Shown: piece after piece, positions 30,413 to 41,291 of the stretch | How positions within the stretch are numbered: position 1 is the stretch's first letter | How the letters are laid out: the number at the start of each line of letters is the position of its first letter | NCBI GenBank assembly: GCA_964518165.1 | Contig: CAZFFN010000040.1 | Coordinates: 14,329-78,328, forward strand | DNA length: 64,000 bases | Direction: 5' to 3' | Origin: an uncultured Thermoplasmatales archaeon | Lineage (GTDB): Archaea > Thermoplasmatota > E2 > DHVEG-1 | The notes under the pieces: model-generated | What the model was told of the DNA's origin: nothing | Databases searched by the model: none | The model's input: the letters and a program-made list of their open reading frames with translations, nothing else | Translations under genes and position numbers: made by a program

Positions 30413-33400
30413 TTAAAAAAACTCATCAAGCTTAGTTGATCTGATCTTATCACTCATAAAAAGAGAATCAATAGATTTTTCAACAAGAGTAATTCTTTGT
30501 CTGGCATAATTAGGAATGTTATATCTCTGTGCAATCTCTTTAGATATTTCTAGATATTTTTTAACAGATTTTTCATGAACAGTAAGAGTAAGTTTACCGC
30601 CGCATTTCGTACAAACCCCTTTCAAAGGTGGACGACGATAGGTTATATTACAAGATGGACAGCGTACCGATTGTTTACTAAAGGCCCGCAAGTTACCTAG
30701 GATATCAGGTAAGAAATGCCTCTCAATTACTTTATATGCAACATCAGCAACATCAACAGCACGAATTTTTGCTCCAAGATCAAGCTGAGAGTTCATCTTA
30801 TCCATCATAGTTTTCAATGTTTTATAGTTAGACATCTTAGGCCCAGCTGAGATATCAACAGTATCATGGGTGAAACAAAAATCTTCATACTGAAATTTAG
30901 AACCAATTCGAGAAGAAACAGTATCCATAATCGACTCTAATTCTTTAGAATGAACATGCTTGAGCGTAGATTTATAAAAATCAAGAGGATAACGAGCAAG
31001 AGTATCAACATTATGAGCTTCTTTATCTACTTCAGATGGATCTAATCTAGTAGTAAGAATTAAAGGTAAATCCATTTGACCCCCACGTTTATCAGGGATA
31101 TATGCATGGGAAAAATTGAGAAGAGCATCCATTAATAGCATGAGACCATCTTCATCAGCATCACAATTATTTGAAATAATAAAGTTATTTATTGGAAAAT
31201 TATGTAAATCTTCTACTTCGATGTCATAAACATATTTTGATTTAGAAATAATTGGTTTAATTTCTTTTATACCATCTACAATGAACTCACCGTATTTTTC
31301 TAAACGGGGCTTTCTTTCTTTTGGAATAGATGATTCTAATCTTTTTTGTTTTCTTTTTAAAGAAAATCCAATCTTTTTAGCGAATTTTCTTGCATAACTT
31401 GAACGAATTGAGATATAAAATTGTGTAAAAATTGGATTTTTATCGTTTTTATCATAAAATTTCTTTGCTAATCCACCAGGTCTTCTTGTTTCTTCTTTTA
31501 GCCTGTAAAATATTCCAAATCTAAGTAACTGCATTCCAATATCTGTTAGTAAATTTTTATTAACAGAGGAGCAAGTAACATGCAATCTATTTTTTTCTAC
31601 TGATCCATCACCAGCAAAATACGCTTTTAGTAACTCCTTCATTTTTTGTTTTGGAACTGTTGAAATTAACTTTGGAATTCGTTTATTTTTAGCATTTTCA
31701 CCTGTTTTTAATATTTTTGTGAAAAAAATATGTATAACATGATTACAAATAAATACGCCCGATTTAGATTCATAGGGAGTGATTTTAAAAATATCTCTAA
31801 TACAATTTATTATATCATCTCTGATCTCTTTTTCAGAACATGCAAAACCAACTTGATAACAACTATTTCTTGAAAATCTTGAGTGCCCCTCCGAAATATA
31901 GTAACCGATTAATCTCATAAATTTTTCATTGACTTTTATTGTTCTTGGAATTAACGTATGATCTCTTTTTACCCCTAGAAAACAATATTTTGGTATTTCA
32001 TTAAAATTTTTCTTAGAAATGTTTAAAAGTCTATTCAAAACATCAACAGGTATGCTATCTCTATAGATATAATTTGACAAAGTTTTTTTATTTATTTTAA
32101 GCTTTCTAGATGCTTTTTTTAATCCACCTAATTCAAGAATACATTCATTTGAAAAGTCTTTTATTCCACGTATAACAACATTTTTTGAGTCATATTTTAT
32201 GAATTCTTTAAGTAAATCAATTTCTTTGATATCATTTTCAGGAAAATCTAGTTTATTAGATAAGAGAAATTTATCATCTTTTTCTAATTCTATCAATTTT
32301 TTCCTTTCAAATTTTCCTTTTGACAAAACTAATGTTCTGTGATAAGGGGAACCTACAAATTCTCTACCAGTGGATAGTCTTATTTTTAGGAGATGATTTG
32401 GAGATTTTGCCTTTATTATAGACTTTATTTTCTTAGTTTCAGTTAATCCATTTTTGGGATTAAACGAATATGTTTTTAATCCTGATATTTTTTTCATCTT
32501 TGTTTGAAAATCATCAACAATTGTTTCTTCTGATTTTGCATTATCATAAATTCCTTGGATAGATGAAATAACAGGTTTATCAAAGTTTGAAATTAGTAGA
32601 TTTGTATCAAAAGCCAGGCAGTTTCTCCTTTTCGCTGCATGATAATAAGGATGAGCATAACAAACCTGAGCATTTGTAAAACCTATAATCCTTGATAATG
32701 ACCCCCCTGACGTGTGTGGTGCAAGACCAATTGTCAAATGTCCAGTAAGATTTTCAAGTTTTTTTATATTATAAAACCTTTCAAGTCCGTAGAATTTAAC
32801 TAAAAGATCATCTATAAATTTTGCAACTTTTAAGAAATACTCTGCACAGGATTTTGAAATAACTACATCCTGAACTTTTAGTTCACAGATTTGATCAGAT
32901 TTTTCCAGTTTATTTCCTAAATAATCTTTTGTGTAACCTAATTCTTTTAATCTTTCAACTGAAACTCCAATCTCTTCTGGCTTGAAATGGGTGATGGGTG
33001 CATCTGTCATATCAAATCTTACTGTTCCATCTTTAAAGACGTATACACCATGTTTTGCTCTAAGTATTCCTTTTTCCAAGGGTTCTGGAGTTTTATTTTT
33101 TGATATTGTTCCCATTACACCTTTTATTGTTTCAGGGAGTCTTCTTTCTTTTATGTTGTTTTTTGCAATTTTTAGGTCATTATCTAAATTTATGTCATGT
33201 ATCTCTATTCTATCATTATCAATTTCAGTATGAGTTCCACATTCACATGATAGTTTGTATGTCTTTTTTTTACATTTTGGACAAACTCTTGTTCCTGCCT
33301 CTATTTCTATCTTTGATTTTTGAGCTGCTTTTCCTAGAAGTCTTTGGTTGCTTCCATAGTTACCAACAGGATAAAGTACATGCGGAGGCGGGCGCATTTT

Positions 33401-35293
33401 TCTTTCTGCTGCTTTTTCAGGCCTTCCCATACGTGTGCCTATTCTTATTGGACCATGTGCTCTTATCTTTATCTTTGATAGTTTTGATACAAGTTTTAAT
33501 GGATCTTTTTCATCTTTTGGTAGTTTATTTTTTTCAACTATTTTTCCTTCTTTATTTTTTAATCCTAAAGTGTATATTAGTGAGTCTTTGTATTCTTTAA
33601 AAATAAGTTTTTGTTCTTTTTGTTTATGTATTGCCCCTAATTCTATTAGTATATTTTTTATTTCTGAATTGTTTTTAAGAAAGAGTTTTTTGTCTTTTAT
33701 TTCACCATCTGTAATTATATATTCTCTAAGTTTTTTTATATCTTCAACCTTTAAATCATGCCAGAAAAGATTATATTTTGGATGAAGTGGTATCTTATAT
33801 TCTTTTGATAGGTTTATTGCATCTTTAAACTCTGGTTCTTCTAAGTTTATTTCTTTTTTATATTCTTTTTTTATTATTTCTTTTGTTTTTTTATCTGCTT
33901 TTTTTATGTTTTCTGTTGTGTTTTTTTCTGGCAGGGTTTTTAGTTTTTCTTGTAGTTCTTGTATCCACCATTCATATGAGTAGCTTGCATCTGGAAGAAG
34001 TGAATTATTTTCTAAAAATTCACCATATGGAACTAATATTTCTCCTAGATCGATTATCTTTTTTATTTTTGCTTTATCTATTTCTTTTGCATGTTTTATT
34101 TTTATAAAATCCCCGTTTTGTAGTAGTACTGTTGGGCCTTCTATTGTTGTACAAGGCGTCCCAATCGTTGCTTTACCTGGTCTTTCTGTTTTTAATTGTG
34201 TTCCTATTGCTATAAATTCATCAACAATATACATTGTTAGTGGATTTATCGCGGTTGATGCAAGGCCCGCCGTTCTTGCTCTGCCATATCTTAGTCTTAG
34301 CCCGCCTTTTCTACTTGGATGAGAAAAAACTGGTCTACCTGCTATTACTTCTCCGATGTACTTTGTCTTTGGTTTTATCTCTGGGATTTTGTTTTTATTT
34401 TGTTCATCTTCTTCGTCTTTTTTTCCTTTGTTTACAAATATATCTAAAAACTCCCATCCTTTGAGTTTGAGTTTTTTTACGTGTTTTAGTATCTTTGGTG
34501 CTTTAAGACACATTCCTTCAGCTATAACTAGGCATGCTCCGCCACGAAGGCGATTTGTTTCAATTCTTGGTAAGTCACGGTATCCTGTTACTTCTTCTTT
34601 TTCAGTTCCTTCGCCGTTTACACACACGGGGCAGTTTGATACAATTTTGTCTATTTCATCAACAGTTGGTGTGTACTGTAAGTGTTGTGCTCTTTTATAT
34701 AGCGGTATTTCTTCTTTGTATCGTTCAATTTCACCTTTTGTTGGTTTGTATTCATTTATGTTCATCTGCCTTCTTACTACATCAGCTATAAGGACGCTCA
34801 TAGCTTGGCCTGTGCCACCTGCTGAACGTATTGGCCCTGAGAAATATAAGTCGACATAACTTGAGCCATCATTGTTTTTTCCAATTTTTACATCAGCTAT
34901 TCCTTCTAGTGGTGCAACTAGCACACCTTCTGTTAAAATTGCTAGACCTGTTCTTACAGCTTGGTCAAGAGCTTCTTCATTTGATTTAAAATTATATTTT
35001 TCTTTGTCTTTTGCAATAGTCTTTGCTATTTCAAGACTTACTAGTTCTCTGTTTTGTATTTTTTTTGTTACAGTTCTTATTTTTGGTGCGATATCTTTTG
35101 GTCCAACTAGTTCTTCTACTCTTTGTGCAAGATCCTTTGCTTGTGGAATTTCAACTTTTTTTTCTGGGTCAAGTCCTTTTTTCCTTGCTTTTTTTGCAAT
35201 GTTATATGCAGTATCTATTTCTTTTTGCAGATCGGAAAAATATTTCTGCATTTCTTTACTCATCGCAATATCTTTTGCTTGATCCCCGCCCAT
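30413..35293 (-). CDS. polC: DNA polymerase D large subunit DP2, intein-containing
   Basis: GPIRSAGGT, RLRYGR, RMGRPEKA, DGTVRFD, AKRRN|CDADED and C-terminal Zn finger. Confidence 0.97.
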   Translation of the reverse strand: MGGDQAKDIAMSKEMQKYFSDLQKEIDTAYNIAKKARKKGLDPEKKVEIPQAKDLAQRVEELVGPKDIAPKIRTVTKKIQNRELVSLEIAKTIAKDKEKYNFKSNEEALDQAVRTGLAILTEGVLVAPLEGIADVKIGKNNDGSSYVDLYFSGPIRSAGGTGQAMSVLIADVVRRQMNINEYKPTKGEIERYKEEIPLYKRAQHLQYTPTVDEIDKIVSNCPVCVNGEGTEKEEVTGYRDLPRIETNRLRGGACLVIAEGMCLKAPKILKHVKKLKLKGWEFLDIFVNKGKKDEEDEQNKNKIPEIKPKTKYIGEVIAGRPVFSHPSRKGGLRLRYGRARTAGLASTAINPLTMYIVDEFIAIGTQLKTERPGKATIGTPCTTIEGPTVLLQNGDFIKIKHAKEIDKAKIKKIIDLGEILVPYGEFLENNSLLPDASYSYEWWIQELQEKLKTLPEKNTTENIKKADKKTKEIIKKEYKKEINLEEPEFKDAINLSKEYKIPLHPKYNLFWHDLKVEDIKKLREYIITDGEIKDKKLFLKNNSEIKNILIELGAIHKQKEQKLIFKEYKDSLIYTLGLKNKEGKIVEKNKLPKDEKDPLKLVSKLSKIKIRAHGPIRIGTRMGRPEKAAERKMRPPPHVLYPVGNYGSNQRLLGKAAQKSKIEIEAGTRVCPKCKKKTYKLSCECGTHTEIDNDRIEIHDINLDNDLKIAKNNIKERRLPETIKGVMGTISKNKTPEPLEKGILRAKHGVYVFKDGTVRFDMTDAPITHFKPEEIGVSVERLKELGYTKDYLGNKLEKSDQICELKVQDVVISKSCAEYFLKVAKFIDDLLVKFYGLERFYNIKKLENLTGHLTIGLAPHTSGGSLSRIIGFTNAQVCYAHPYYHAAKRRNCLAFDTNLLISNFDKPVISSIQGIYDNAKSEETIVDDFQTKMKKISGLKTYSFNPKNGLTETKKIKSIIKAKSPNHLLKIRLSTGREFVGSPYHRTLVLSKGKFERKKLIELEKDDKFLLSNKLDFPENDIKEIDLLKEFIKYDSKNVVIRGIKDFSNECILELGGLKKASRKLKINKKTLSNYIYRDSIPVDVLNRLLNISKKNFNEIPKYCFLGVKRDHTLIPRTIKVNEKFMRLIGYYISEGHSRFSRNSCYQVGFACSEKEIRDDIINCIRDIFKITPYESKSGVFICNHVIHIFFTKILKTGENAKNKRIPKLISTVPKQKMKELLKAYFAGDGSVEKNRLHVTCSSVNKNLLTDIGMQLLRFGIFYRLKEETRRPGGLAKKFYDKNDKNPIFTQFYISIRSSYARKFAKKIGFSLKRKQKRLESSIPKERKPRLEKYGEFIVDGIKEIKPIISKSKYVYDIEVEDLHNFPINNFIISNNCDADEDGLMLLMDALLNFSHAYIPDKRGGQMDLPLILTTRLDPSEVDKEAHNVDTLARYPLDFYKSTLKHVHSKELESIMDTVSSRIGSKFQYEDFCFTHDTVDISAGPKMSNYKTLKTMMDKMNSQLDLGAKIRAVDVADVAYKVIERHFLPDILGNLRAFSKQSVRCPSCNITYRRPPLKGVCTKCGGKLTLTVHEKSVKKYLEISKEIAQRYNIPNYARQRITLVEKSIDSLFMSDKIRSTKLDEFF
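31166..32620 (-). mobile_element. Intein (485 aa) with LAGLIDADG endonuclease in the DP2 catalytic motif
   Basis: Starts CLAFDT, has SPYH, LIGYYISEG and LKAYFAGDG, and ends VYDIEV..HNF...ISNN before Cys. Confidence 0.93.
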
Positions 35294-35369
35294 ACTCTAC
35301 AGATCCTTTAAAACTAGTAAAATTCTATAATGCAAATATTGTGTTTAAAAGTTTTGTATTTTTTTATAT

Positions 35370-37013
35370 TTATTTATTAAAATCCATCATTGTAACATTA
35401 TTTGTCTTCAGATCAACTATCGGTAGTTTTGCCGGGTCTGGAATAAAGTTTAGCATCTTTTGATAGTTAGTTTGTGCTTGCCAGCTTGATGCATTTAATA
35501 GTGTTACGCCGCGGTAGTCACTAATTTGAGCAAGATGTACATGTCCTGTAACAAAGATGTCTGGTATTCTATCTATTAGCATGTAATCTTCATGTTCAGG
35601 TGCAAGAGGTGTATATCCGCCATATGTCGGAGCTAAGTGATGTTTTTTTAGCATTACTTTCATAGTTTCAGCTGGATCATTATATTTTAAATGCTGAATA
35701 TTAGTTGCAAAATCAAGTAGGCTTTGACCGTGATATGATAAAATTTCAACACCATGCAGTGAAAAATAAGAGGGATTTCCCAAAAAAGTTATGTCCATTC
35801 CAGAAAATAAATCCTGTATTTCTTTTTCAAAAGTTGGTTGAGGCTCAGCAGGCCTTACTGCATCATGGTTTCCAGGCTGCATTATTATTGATATATGATC
35901 TGGTATGTTTCTAAGCTCTTTTGCTAACTCTTCGTATTGTCTATATACATCAACTATCGATAATTCAGTTTCCTGGTTTGGATAGATACCTATTCCATCT
36001 ACAACATCACCTGGTATTACTAAGTATTTGATTTTACTAGCAACATCCCTTTGTCTGCTATTTCCCATCTGACCATTGATCCATCTTAAAAATGAGTTCC
36101 ATTGATCCCCCATAAACTGTTTGCTTCCTATATGTATATCTGAGCAAAACGCTGCAAAAACTGGTACTTCTGATGTATGGCGCTGGTTTTGTATGCTTAT
36201 ATCCGGATATACTATGTTTTCTACAACTAAAAGATCACCATTTTTACTAATATTTGCAGTAATCCCGATTATTTCATCAAGTATTACTTCTTGGGCGATT
36301 GAATGAATTTCTCTATTTTGTTTTAAAGCAATACATACTGCTTCATCTGTATCATCCTCTAAAATTATTAATCTATGGCCATTTTTTGTGTTTCTTACTT
36401 CTTTTACAATACCTATTATTTGTATTTCTTTCAGACCTGATTTTTTAACCCGTGATAGAGGTATTGCATTTGCTAGTTCTCTTCTCTGTTTTCTAAGTAT
36501 TTTTTTTACTGATTCAAATCTATTTGTAAAAAGTTTATTAAAATCAGTAGTTGTCCCCTCACAGCAACTATTTCCTGTAACATCTTTGATCATTTTTATC
36601 TCTGAATCATATTCTCTTGCTTTTGGTTTCCAGGATTTTACTTTTTTGATTTCAACTCTTTTTGTTTTTTCTTCTTTTGTTTTAGAAGTATCTTCTTTTT
36701 CTGCATATACTTCTGTTTCAAAATCATCAGGTTCTTCTATTTCTCCTTTAGGTTTCAAGTCTTGGTTATATATTTGAGAGAGCATCTTTGTTTGGATTTC
36801 TTCTTCTTTTGTTTTAACCTCAATTTTTTCTTTTGTTGTTATTTGTTCTATTTCTTTTATGTGATCTATTGTTAAAACCAATGGATATTCTTTTAAATTT
36901 TTTTCAATAAAAGATGAAAAATCATGAGGATTTTTCTGGGATAGAATATAATTTAATGTATCTGGTTGAACAAATGTACCATGTTCTGAAAATGATTTGA
37001 TTATCTTCTCCAT
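35370..37013 (-). CDS. polB: DNA polymerase D small subunit DP1 (proofreading exonuclease)
   Basis: OB fold plus phosphoesterase motifs SDIHIGS, GDVVDG, PGNHD, YHG, TGHVH. Confidence 0.96.
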   Translation of the reverse strand: MEKIIKSFSEHGTFVQPDTLNYILSQKNPHDFSSFIEKNLKEYPLVLTIDHIKEIEQITTKEKIEVKTKEEEIQTKMLSQIYNQDLKPKGEIEEPDDFETEVYAEKEDTSKTKEEKTKRVEIKKVKSWKPKAREYDSEIKMIKDVTGNSCCEGTTTDFNKLFTNRFESVKKILRKQRRELANAIPLSRVKKSGLKEIQIIGIVKEVRNTKNGHRLIILEDDTDEAVCIALKQNREIHSIAQEVILDEIIGITANISKNGDLLVVENIVYPDISIQNQRHTSEVPVFAAFCSDIHIGSKQFMGDQWNSFLRWINGQMGNSRQRDVASKIKYLVIPGDVVDGIGIYPNQETELSIVDVYRQYEELAKELRNIPDHISIIMQPGNHDAVRPAEPQPTFEKEIQDLFSGMDITFLGNPSYFSLHGVEILSYHGQSLLDFATNIQHLKYNDPAETMKVMLKKHHLAPTYGGYTPLAPEHEDYMLIDRIPDIFVTGHVHLAQISDYRGVTLLNASSWQAQTNYQKMLNFIPDPAKLPIVDLKTNNVTMMDFNK

Positions 37014-37293
37014 CCTATTATCCCATGAAAAACTAATTTTAGTATAAAGTGTATGAATTAATGTGTTTTTATTATTGCGGTCGAACAAAAAAATGTTTTA
37101 TAAAATTTTTCAAGGATACTTATATAAATATTTTTCTATAAAATCTGTTATTTTTGCTTAATAGCGTACTCTCTTTAGATACATTATGATATTTTATAAA
37201 AAAAAGCCTAAAAAAATCATTTGTAGGAAAAGAATATAAAATATTAGAAACTAATACTTAATTATAGTAGAGAAAAAGTGAGTAAATGACCTC

Positions 37294-37590
37294 ATGATTA
37301 GTGTTAAAAAATACAAACAAGGAAGCGATCTATTAATAGGCGCATGCGATGAAGAACTTATAGGTAAAAAATTTGAAGAGGGAAAACTTCAAATTGATGT
37401 AAGTAAATCGTTTTATGATGGTGAAAGAGTTTCATCAGATGTTTTAAAGAAATTTTTAGAAGAAGCAACTATTGCAAATTTAGTTGGAGAAAAAACGGTG
37501 AAATGTGCAATAGATCTCGGGTTAGTTGATCCAAATTGTGTTTTAAAAATTAAAGATATTCCCCATGCACAAATGGTTAGAATGCTATAA
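37294..37590 (+). CDS. DUF424 family protein
   Basis: GACDEELIGKKFEEG...FYDG...ATIANLVG...IPHAQ. Confidence 0.88.
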   Translation: MISVKKYKQGSDLLIGACDEELIGKKFEEGKLQIDVSKSFYDGERVSSDVLKKFLEEATIANLVGEKTVKCAIDLGLVDPNCVLKIKDIPHAQMVRML

Positions 37591-37611
37591 AAACAAATTT
37601 TTGTTCTTTAT

Positions 37612-38079
37612 TTAGGAATTTAATTTTTCAATTTTATCAATCATTTTTTCATAATGGGTTCCTTTCCAGTATATCTTATCACAATCATTACAATATAAAA
37701 ATTCATCATGGTTTTCAAATACTTTTTCTGGGACTTTTTTACTAACTTCTTTTTTAGGTATTTTTTCTAAAACACTGTTACAGATTGTACATCTTGTTAA
37801 AACTTTATCTTTTTTAAGTTTAACATTTTTTAAAACAATTTCAATTTGTTCATCCAAATCTTTAGTTTGAATTTTAATTGTTTTTACTTGTTCTCTTTTT
37901 GCGTTATATACTAGTTCTTTGTCACGAGTTACTAAAACACGGTTTTCTTTTTTTGCTATATCAATTAACTCTTTGTCTTCCATATGTCTTTTAGCATAAT
38001 ATGTATCAAAACCATATATTCTAAGCCACTTGGCAAGTGTTCCAAGCATTTGATCGCATAAAAATTTCATTTTTATCAA
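37612..38079 (-). CDS. Mut7-C RNase (PIN-like) domain protein
   Basis: FLCDQMLGTLAKWLRIYGFDT, LVTRD, RCTICN...CNDCDKIYWKGTH. Confidence 0.92.
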   Translation of the reverse strand: MIKMKFLCDQMLGTLAKWLRIYGFDTYYAKRHMEDKELIDIAKKENRVLVTRDKELVYNAKREQVKTIKIQTKDLDEQIEIVLKNVKLKKDKVLTRCTICNSVLEKIPKKEVSKKVPEKVFENHDEFLYCNDCDKIYWKGTHYEKMIDKIEKLNS

Positions 38080-38705
38080 ATCTTATAGTGTAATAAAATT
38101 CCGGATCCAATCTTTTTACTATCAATTAGTCCTAAATCGATAGTTGAATCTAAATCTAAAATAAGTGAAGGTGTATTTTTTCCACCTATTAGAATAGATC
38201 CAACATAAACATAGATATTATCAACTAGTTTTTCTTTGATAAAACTAGTAATAACATGACTTCCACCTTCAACCATAATTTTTCTAATTCCTTTTTCATA
38301 CATTTTTTCTAAAAAGTATTCTAAATCAATATGATTGTTCTTTGTTTTACACTTAACTATTTCAACATTATCTAGATAACTCTTTTTACATTTTTCACCT
38401 GTTATAACAAAGGTCTTTGCTTTATTATTTGCAATCAAAGCATCAATTGGTGTTTTACAATAAGTGTCAAGTACTATTCTTATTGGTTGTTTTGGGTTTT
38501 TAACATATTTTTCTTTAACTGTAAGTTTTGGATCATCAGATAAAACTGTGTTTATACCAACCAAAACTGCATCAGACTCGTTTCTAAGTTCATACATTCT
38601 TTTTATATCCTCATCACAAGAAATGCGGATCTGTTTACCGGTTTGTGATGCAATTTTTCCATCTATGCTTATTGCACAGTTAATAAAAACATATGGTCTT
38701 TTCAT
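38076..38705 (-). CDS. RibD C-terminal-type pyrimidine reductase (archaeal riboflavin pathway, DHFR-like fold)
   Basis: AISIDGKIA, DAVLVGINTVLSDDPKL, MVEGG. Confidence 0.88.
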   Translation of the reverse strand: MKRPYVFINCAISIDGKIASQTGKQIRISCDEDIKRMYELRNESDAVLVGINTVLSDDPKLTVKEKYVKNPKQPIRIVLDTYCKTPIDALIANNKAKTFVITGEKCKKSYLDNVEIVKCKTKNNHIDLEYFLEKMYEKGIRKIMVEGGSHVITSFIKEKLVDNIYVYVGSILIGGKNTPSLILDLDSTIDLGLIDSKKIGSGILLHYKI

Positions 38706-38711
38706 AAATTA

Positions 38712-39380
38712 TCACTTTGGATAAAGTGGACAGTCTTTTTTGTTTTCCGGGCAATACCCTTTTGTTTTACATGTAGGCCCTGCATCTTTAAAAATAACTG
38801 GTGCTACTTTTTTTACTTCTTTTAGCATCTTATTTGCTAGTTTTCTTATCTCCCATTGTGCATGCATGCAAGTTCGAAGTTCAAAAAAATTCATTAGACT
38901 TCGTGCATTCATTGTGACTATTATATTAGTGCATGCTGCATTAGGAATTACAAATCTGCTATCTTCAGCGGGAACTCCTAAATCAAGGAGTTTGTTATAT
39001 TCTCTCCATATATTTTCCATTATTTTTTCATATGCTTTTTTCATTTCTTTGTCTTTGGAAATTTTAGGTGGAGTTACATAGTTTGGCTCTTTAAGATCTA
39101 CATATCTCTGGCTTTGCTGTGCATAACTTGCTATTCTATGTCTTACTAGTTGATGTGTTAAAACTCTACTAACATCACTTATTGCAAAAGTAAAACTAGT
39201 GTGTTCTATTACACTAGTGTGACCTGCATTTAAAACATATTTGAGTATTTCATTTAGTTCTTTATCTGATGATTTATCTAGATTTTCTGGTTTTGTTTTA
39301 CTATGCGTTAGTTTTGCGGCCATTGCAGGTATTTTTTCTGGATCCGGTGAATGGCCGATTAACTTTACATTCATTTGCAA
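38712..39380 (-). CDS. thyX: Flavin-dependent thymidylate synthase
   Basis: GHTSVIEH, RHRIASYAQQSQRY, HAQWEIR. Confidence 0.97.
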   Translation of the reverse strand: MQMNVKLIGHSPDPEKIPAMAAKLTHSKTKPENLDKSSDKELNEILKYVLNAGHTSVIEHTSFTFAISDVSRVLTHQLVRHRIASYAQQSQRYVDLKEPNYVTPPKISKDKEMKKAYEKIMENIWREYNKLLDLGVPAEDSRFVIPNAACTNIIVTMNARSLMNFFELRTCMHAQWEIRKLANKMLKEVKKVAPVIFKDAGPTCKTKGYCPENKKDCPLYPK

Positions 39381-39529
39381 CTCCCAATTTCAAACTTTGA
39401 AATACAATTTTCTCTTATTACGTTTGAGGTATTTTTCTATTAATCAAATAATTAACTAAATAAACCATAAAATATTAAAAAGCATTAGAATTACAGTTGG
39501 ACCAAAGATTATTGAAATTAGGGAGGAAA

Positions 39530-40072
39530 ATGCATATGCTGGCATTTATATTAACAACTATCGTGTGTTTCATTACATACCTATTATTGACCCTAGGTTC
39601 AGCTAATGATGGATCTATGATGAATGTTTTTCTATGGAGTATTGAAGAACTAATCTTCGGAATTATTTTATCGGTTATTGTAGGTATTGTTGGAAGAAAA
39701 ATTTTTGTTAAAAAAGACTTTAGAATGGCAAATCCTGTTCGTTGGTTTACATTTCTTGGATACTTAATTGGACCGTTCTTTATTGCTCTAGCTAAAGCCA
39801 ACATTGATGTTGCAGTAAGAGTGATTACTGGTAAAATCAAACCAGGTATAGTTAAAATTGATCCTAAGTTAAAAACAGATTTAGGAATAGCTATGCTTGC
39901 TAATTCTATAACACTAACTCCAGGTACATTAACTGTTGATATTGATGAAAAGGACAATAACTTGTACATTCACTGGATTAATGTTAAAGATGAGGCTTTA
40001 AAAAAGACACCTGTTGATTGTAAATATATTTGTGCTAGTTTTCCAGAATGGATTAGGAGGGTTTCAGAATGA
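39530..40072 (+). CDS. mnhE: Mrp/Mbh subunit, MnhE (MbhA)-like
   Basis: KANIDVA, PGIV, LANSITLTPGTLTVD, LYIHWI. Confidence 0.92.
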   Translation: MHMLAFILTTIVCFITYLLLTLGSANDGSMMNVFLWSIEELIFGIILSVIVGIVGRKIFVKKDFRMANPVRWFTFLGYLIGPFFIALAKANIDVAVRVITGKIKPGIVKIDPKLKTDLGIAMLANSITLTPGTLTVDIDEKDNNLYIHWINVKDEALKKTPVDCKYICASFPEWIRRVSE

Positions 40073-40350
40073 TTGAAGTAACAGATCAAATGGTTCTTAC
40101 TTATCTTGGCATTTTAGCATTTTTATTTATACCTGTAATCTTAGCAATTATAAGAGTTGTAAAAGGGCCTACCGCTCCAGATAGAATAGTTGGACTTGAT
40201 ACAATTAACACTCTTGTGATTGTTTCAATGGTAATTTTTGGGGTTATATCTAGATCAGTGATTTATATTGATGTAGCAATTGTTTATGCTCTTCTTTCGT
40301 TTATTTCAACTCTGTTTATTGCAAAATATCTAGAGGGAGGTGACTTTTAG
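40069..40350 (+). CDS. mnhF: Mrp/Mbh subunit, MnhF (MbhB)-like
   Basis: RVVKGPTAPDRIVGLD, YIDVAIVYALLSF. Confidence 0.92.
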   Translation: MIEVTDQMVLTYLGILAFLFIPVILAIIRVVKGPTAPDRIVGLDTINTLVIVSMVIFGVISRSVIYIDVAIVYALLSFISTLFIAKYLEGGDF

Positions 40351-40752
40351 ATGATTTTTGAAATAATTATTTACATATTACTTGCTATTGGAGTATTTTT
40401 TAATATAATTGCAGGTATCGGCCTACTTCGCTTTCCTGATGTATATACCAGGCTTCATGCCGGCACAAAATGTACAACTTTTGGTTCGATTTTTATACTT
40501 GGGTCAGTGATACTTCTTGGCCTTAAAATGTGGTTCTTTGATTCAGTTGCTGACGGTGGATCACTTGCTTTTCACACAGGTATTGCTCTAGTTGCAATAC
40601 TTCTTACAAATCCTACTGGTGCACACGCCTTAGCTCGTGCGGCACATAGAAGTGGAGTTAAACCTGCTCATGCAGTAGTTGATCAACTAGAAAAAACACC
40701 TAAGAAAGAGAAAACAACTAAAAAACCTAAAACAAAAAAGGAGGAAAAATAA
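40351..40752 (+). CDS. mnhG: Mrp/Mbh subunit, MnhG (MbhC)-like
   Basis: GLLRFPDVYTRLHAGTK, PTGAHALARAA. Confidence 0.93.
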   Translation: MIFEIIIYILLAIGVFFNIIAGIGLLRFPDVYTRLHAGTKCTTFGSIFILGSVILLGLKMWFFDSVADGGSLAFHTGIALVAILLTNPTGAHALARAAHRSGVKPAHAVVDQLEKTPKKEKTTKKPKTKKEEK

Positions 40753-40753
40753 A

Positions 40754-41017
40754 ATGGTAGTTGAAACTCTTACAACAATTATTCATATAGCCCTACCTGT
40801 ATTGATTTTGATCTCATCAGTTTTTGCAGTCTGGCTTAAAGACCTTATTGCTGCTGCAATTGCAGTTGCTGCTATGAGCCTGCTTTTATCACTTGAGTTT
40901 TATATCTTGCAAGCACCTGATGTCGCTATTGCTGAAGCAGGTGTTGGAGCGTGTCTTACGACAATAATATTAGTTCTTGGAATTAAAAACACAAAAAGAA
41001 TAGAGGAGGAAAACTGA
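40754..41017 (+). CDS. MbhD-like subunit (DUF4040)
   Basis: [14 protein letters not shown]. Confidence 0.88.
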   Translation: MVVETLTTIIHIALPVLILISSVFAVWLKDLIAAAIAVAAMSLLLSLEFYILQAPDVAIAEAGVGACLTTIILVLGIKNTKRIEEEN

Positions 41018-41018
41018 T

Positions 41019-41291
41019 ATGGATAAAAGAAACTTGGTTGCTGTAATATTTTTTGCAGTAATAGGCGTTTTTCTAGTATTTGCTGCAATGAGTAATCATC
41101 CATTTGGTGAACCTGAAAATCCAGAGATGGATCAGCATATTATTGATAACACTCAAGAAGAAACCGGTGCAAATAATGGTGTAACAGCTGTTGTATTTGA
41201 CTACAGAGGTTTTGATACACTAGGTGAAGCAACAGTTCTATTTACTGCTGTTGCAGGTATAGTTCTTGCTTTTAGGAGGTTTCATAAATGA
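41019..41291 (+). CDS. MbhE-like subunit
   Basis: [23 protein letters not shown]. Confidence 0.9.
   Translation: MDKRNLVAVIFFAVIGVFLVFAAMSNHPFGEPENPEMDQHIIDNTQEETGANNGVTAVVFDYRGFDTLGEATVLFTAVAGIVLAFRRFHK

Noticed and set aside
32982..35463. Numerous antisense ORFs opposite DP2 and other genes
   Set aside because: These are shadow ORFs with Phe/Leu/Ser-rich composition mirroring Lys/Glu-rich sense genes, and they carry no motifs.
37014..37293. AT-rich gap upstream of DP1/DP2 as a possible replication origin
   Set aside because: No cdc6/orc1 gene and no recognisable repeated ORB elements; divergent promoters explain it.
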